NCBI GenBank assembly: GCA_041737595.1
Contig: JBGSRK010000010.1
Span: 96,001 to 160,000 of the forward strand
Direction: 5' to 3'
DNA length: 64,000 nt
DNA from: Patescibacteria group bacterium
GTDB lineage: Bacteria > Patescibacteriota > CPR2 > UBA1875
The notes under the pieces were generated by a model. That model did no database searches. It saw only the letters and a program-made list of their open reading frames with translations, and was not told the origin of the DNA. Both the position numbers and the translations under genes were made by a program. Of the stretch, positions 62,899 through 64,000 are shown in pieces (within the stretch, counting starts at the first letter, position 1; the number at the start of each line of letters is the position of its first letter).

Positions 62899-64000
62899 TA
62901 CATTAAGCCAATTCATTTCAAAAATTGAAGGGCATGGTAAATTAAAATATAATATCGCTGAATCATGTGTGAGTGTCAACATTGATGAAGGGGAGAGGCT
63001 CTTTGAACGACTAGTAATTGGTAGGAGTTATACTGAGCTTGCATTTATTACTGCAAGAATTTGCGGAGTTTGCCCAACAGCACATGCTATTGCCGCCACA
63101 AGAGCCATAGAAGATGCTTTTGGAGTTGATCTTAATGATAAAATAAATAGTTTAAGGTATGCAATTGAGGCAGGACAAATTATACAGTCTCATGCTCTAC
63201 ATTTATTTTTTCTTGCTCTCCCTGATTATATTAAAGTCCAGAATGGTCTAGAATTACATGAAAAAGATCCTGGATTATTCAAAATCGCAAGCGAACTAAA
63301 GTCTGCAGGAGATGAGGTTATAAAAGTAATTGGAGGAAGAGCTATCCATCCATTAACACCTACTGTTGGGGGATTTACAAAAGTCCCAACCAAAAAAGAA
63401 ATTGAAAAACTTATTATTAAAATAAGATCCGCCCAAAGACTTGCAATAGAAACTCTTGAAATTTTTGCCGGGCTAAAATATCCACATTTAAATAAAAAGG
63501 AAGAATATTTTTCTTTAACAAAAAATGGTTTTGTAGATATTTTAGGAGACAAATTAATGTCTACAGAGGGAGTAGAATCTGATGTTAAAAGTTATCAATA
63601 TGTAATTAAAGAAATAGTTAAAAAGAACTGTACTGCAAAACATGCGCTTCATGACGGACATGGGTTTATTGTGGGAGCAACTGCCCGCGTTAATCTTATG
63701 AGCGAAGATGATTTCAACCCAAAAACTCAAAAAGCCCTAAAGATGTTGAAAATCAAACTTCCTATCACAAACAGCTTTAAAAATAACCTAGCTCAAGCAA
63801 TCGAAATCTTACATTTTTGCGAAGAAATAGAAAAACAACTGACAAGCTTTATTTGGAGTAAAGATGAAAGAACTAAAGTTGGGTATAAGATTAAGGCTGG
63901 GGTTGGAGTTGGAGCAACTGAAGCCCCTAGAGGGACTTTATTCCATATGTATGAATTTGATGAAAAAGGGATTGTTATTAATTGCGATATTATCACTCCT
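62888..64000 (+). CDS. NiFe hydrogenase large (alpha) subunit, group 3b-like (3'-truncated; absent from ORF track)
   Basis: Hand-read from ATG 62888: 'KIEGHG', 'RLFE', L1 'RICGVCPTAH', 'IGGRAIHP', 'EAPRGTLFH', 'IITP' at the edge. Confidence 0.92.
   Translation, partial: MSHNTLSQFISKIEGHGKLKYNIAESCVSVNIDEGERLFERLVIGRSYTELAFITARICGVCPTAHAIAATRAIEDAFGVDLNDKINSLRYAIEAGQIIQSHALHLFFLALPDYIKVQNGLELHEKDPGLFKIASELKSAGDEVIKVIGGRAIHPLTPTVGGFTKVPTKKEIEKLIIKIRSAQRLAIETLEIFAGLKYPHLNKKEEYFSLTKNGFVDILGDKLMSTEGVESDVKSYQYVIKEIVKKNCTAKHALHDGHGFIVGATARVNLMSEDDFNPKTQKALKMLKIKLPITNSFKNNLAQAIEILHFCEEIEKQLTSFIWSKDERTKVGYKIKAGVGVGATEAPRGTLFHMYEFDEKGIVINCDIITP

Overview
AT-rich bacterial chromosome segment in the standard genetic code. 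Gene content suggests Patescibacteria/CPR (inference): type IV pilus genes, PaaX/Cas2-like and TrpR-like regulators, short HrcA, a group 3b-type NiFe hydrogenase, and no amino-acid biosynthesis in the window. Left to right: pilN/pilO; ruvBAC-yebC; lepA; an accessory region (two ITPase-fold enzymes plus an NDT-like protein, an amber-interrupted gene, a TGAGAC repeat cluster, a degenerate STAND/AAA ATPase, an ABC-2 exporter, a large serine recombinase and a HEPN-motif protein) ending at tRNA-Asn; VanW; a ~24 kb cell-surface glycan cluster (WecA, PssD/E, WecG, seven GTs, Wzm/Wzt, rml, galU) containing two secreted repeat proteins; M23 peptidase, hsp20, comF; three tRNAs; PilB/GspE; hrcA-grpE-dnaK-dnaJ with a perfect CIRCE; a two-component set; and a four-gene sulfhydrogenase-type operon cut by the window end. 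The most striking locus is tRNA-Asn(GUU) at 16849-17424. It is split inside the anticodon (35/36) by a 501-nt group I intron carrying an HNH endonuclease in the P1 loop, whose start codon is hidden in a hairpin. Upstream lies a degenerate duplicate of the 5' exon followed by a GIY-YIG gene. Other signals: two regulator genes, one at each end of the glycan cluster, each bracketed by direct repeats of a palindromic motif; palindromic repeats inserted in-frame into enzymes; widespread leaderless-type promoters; and a Wzt-GT2 fusion. All calls come from reading the sequence; no searches were run.
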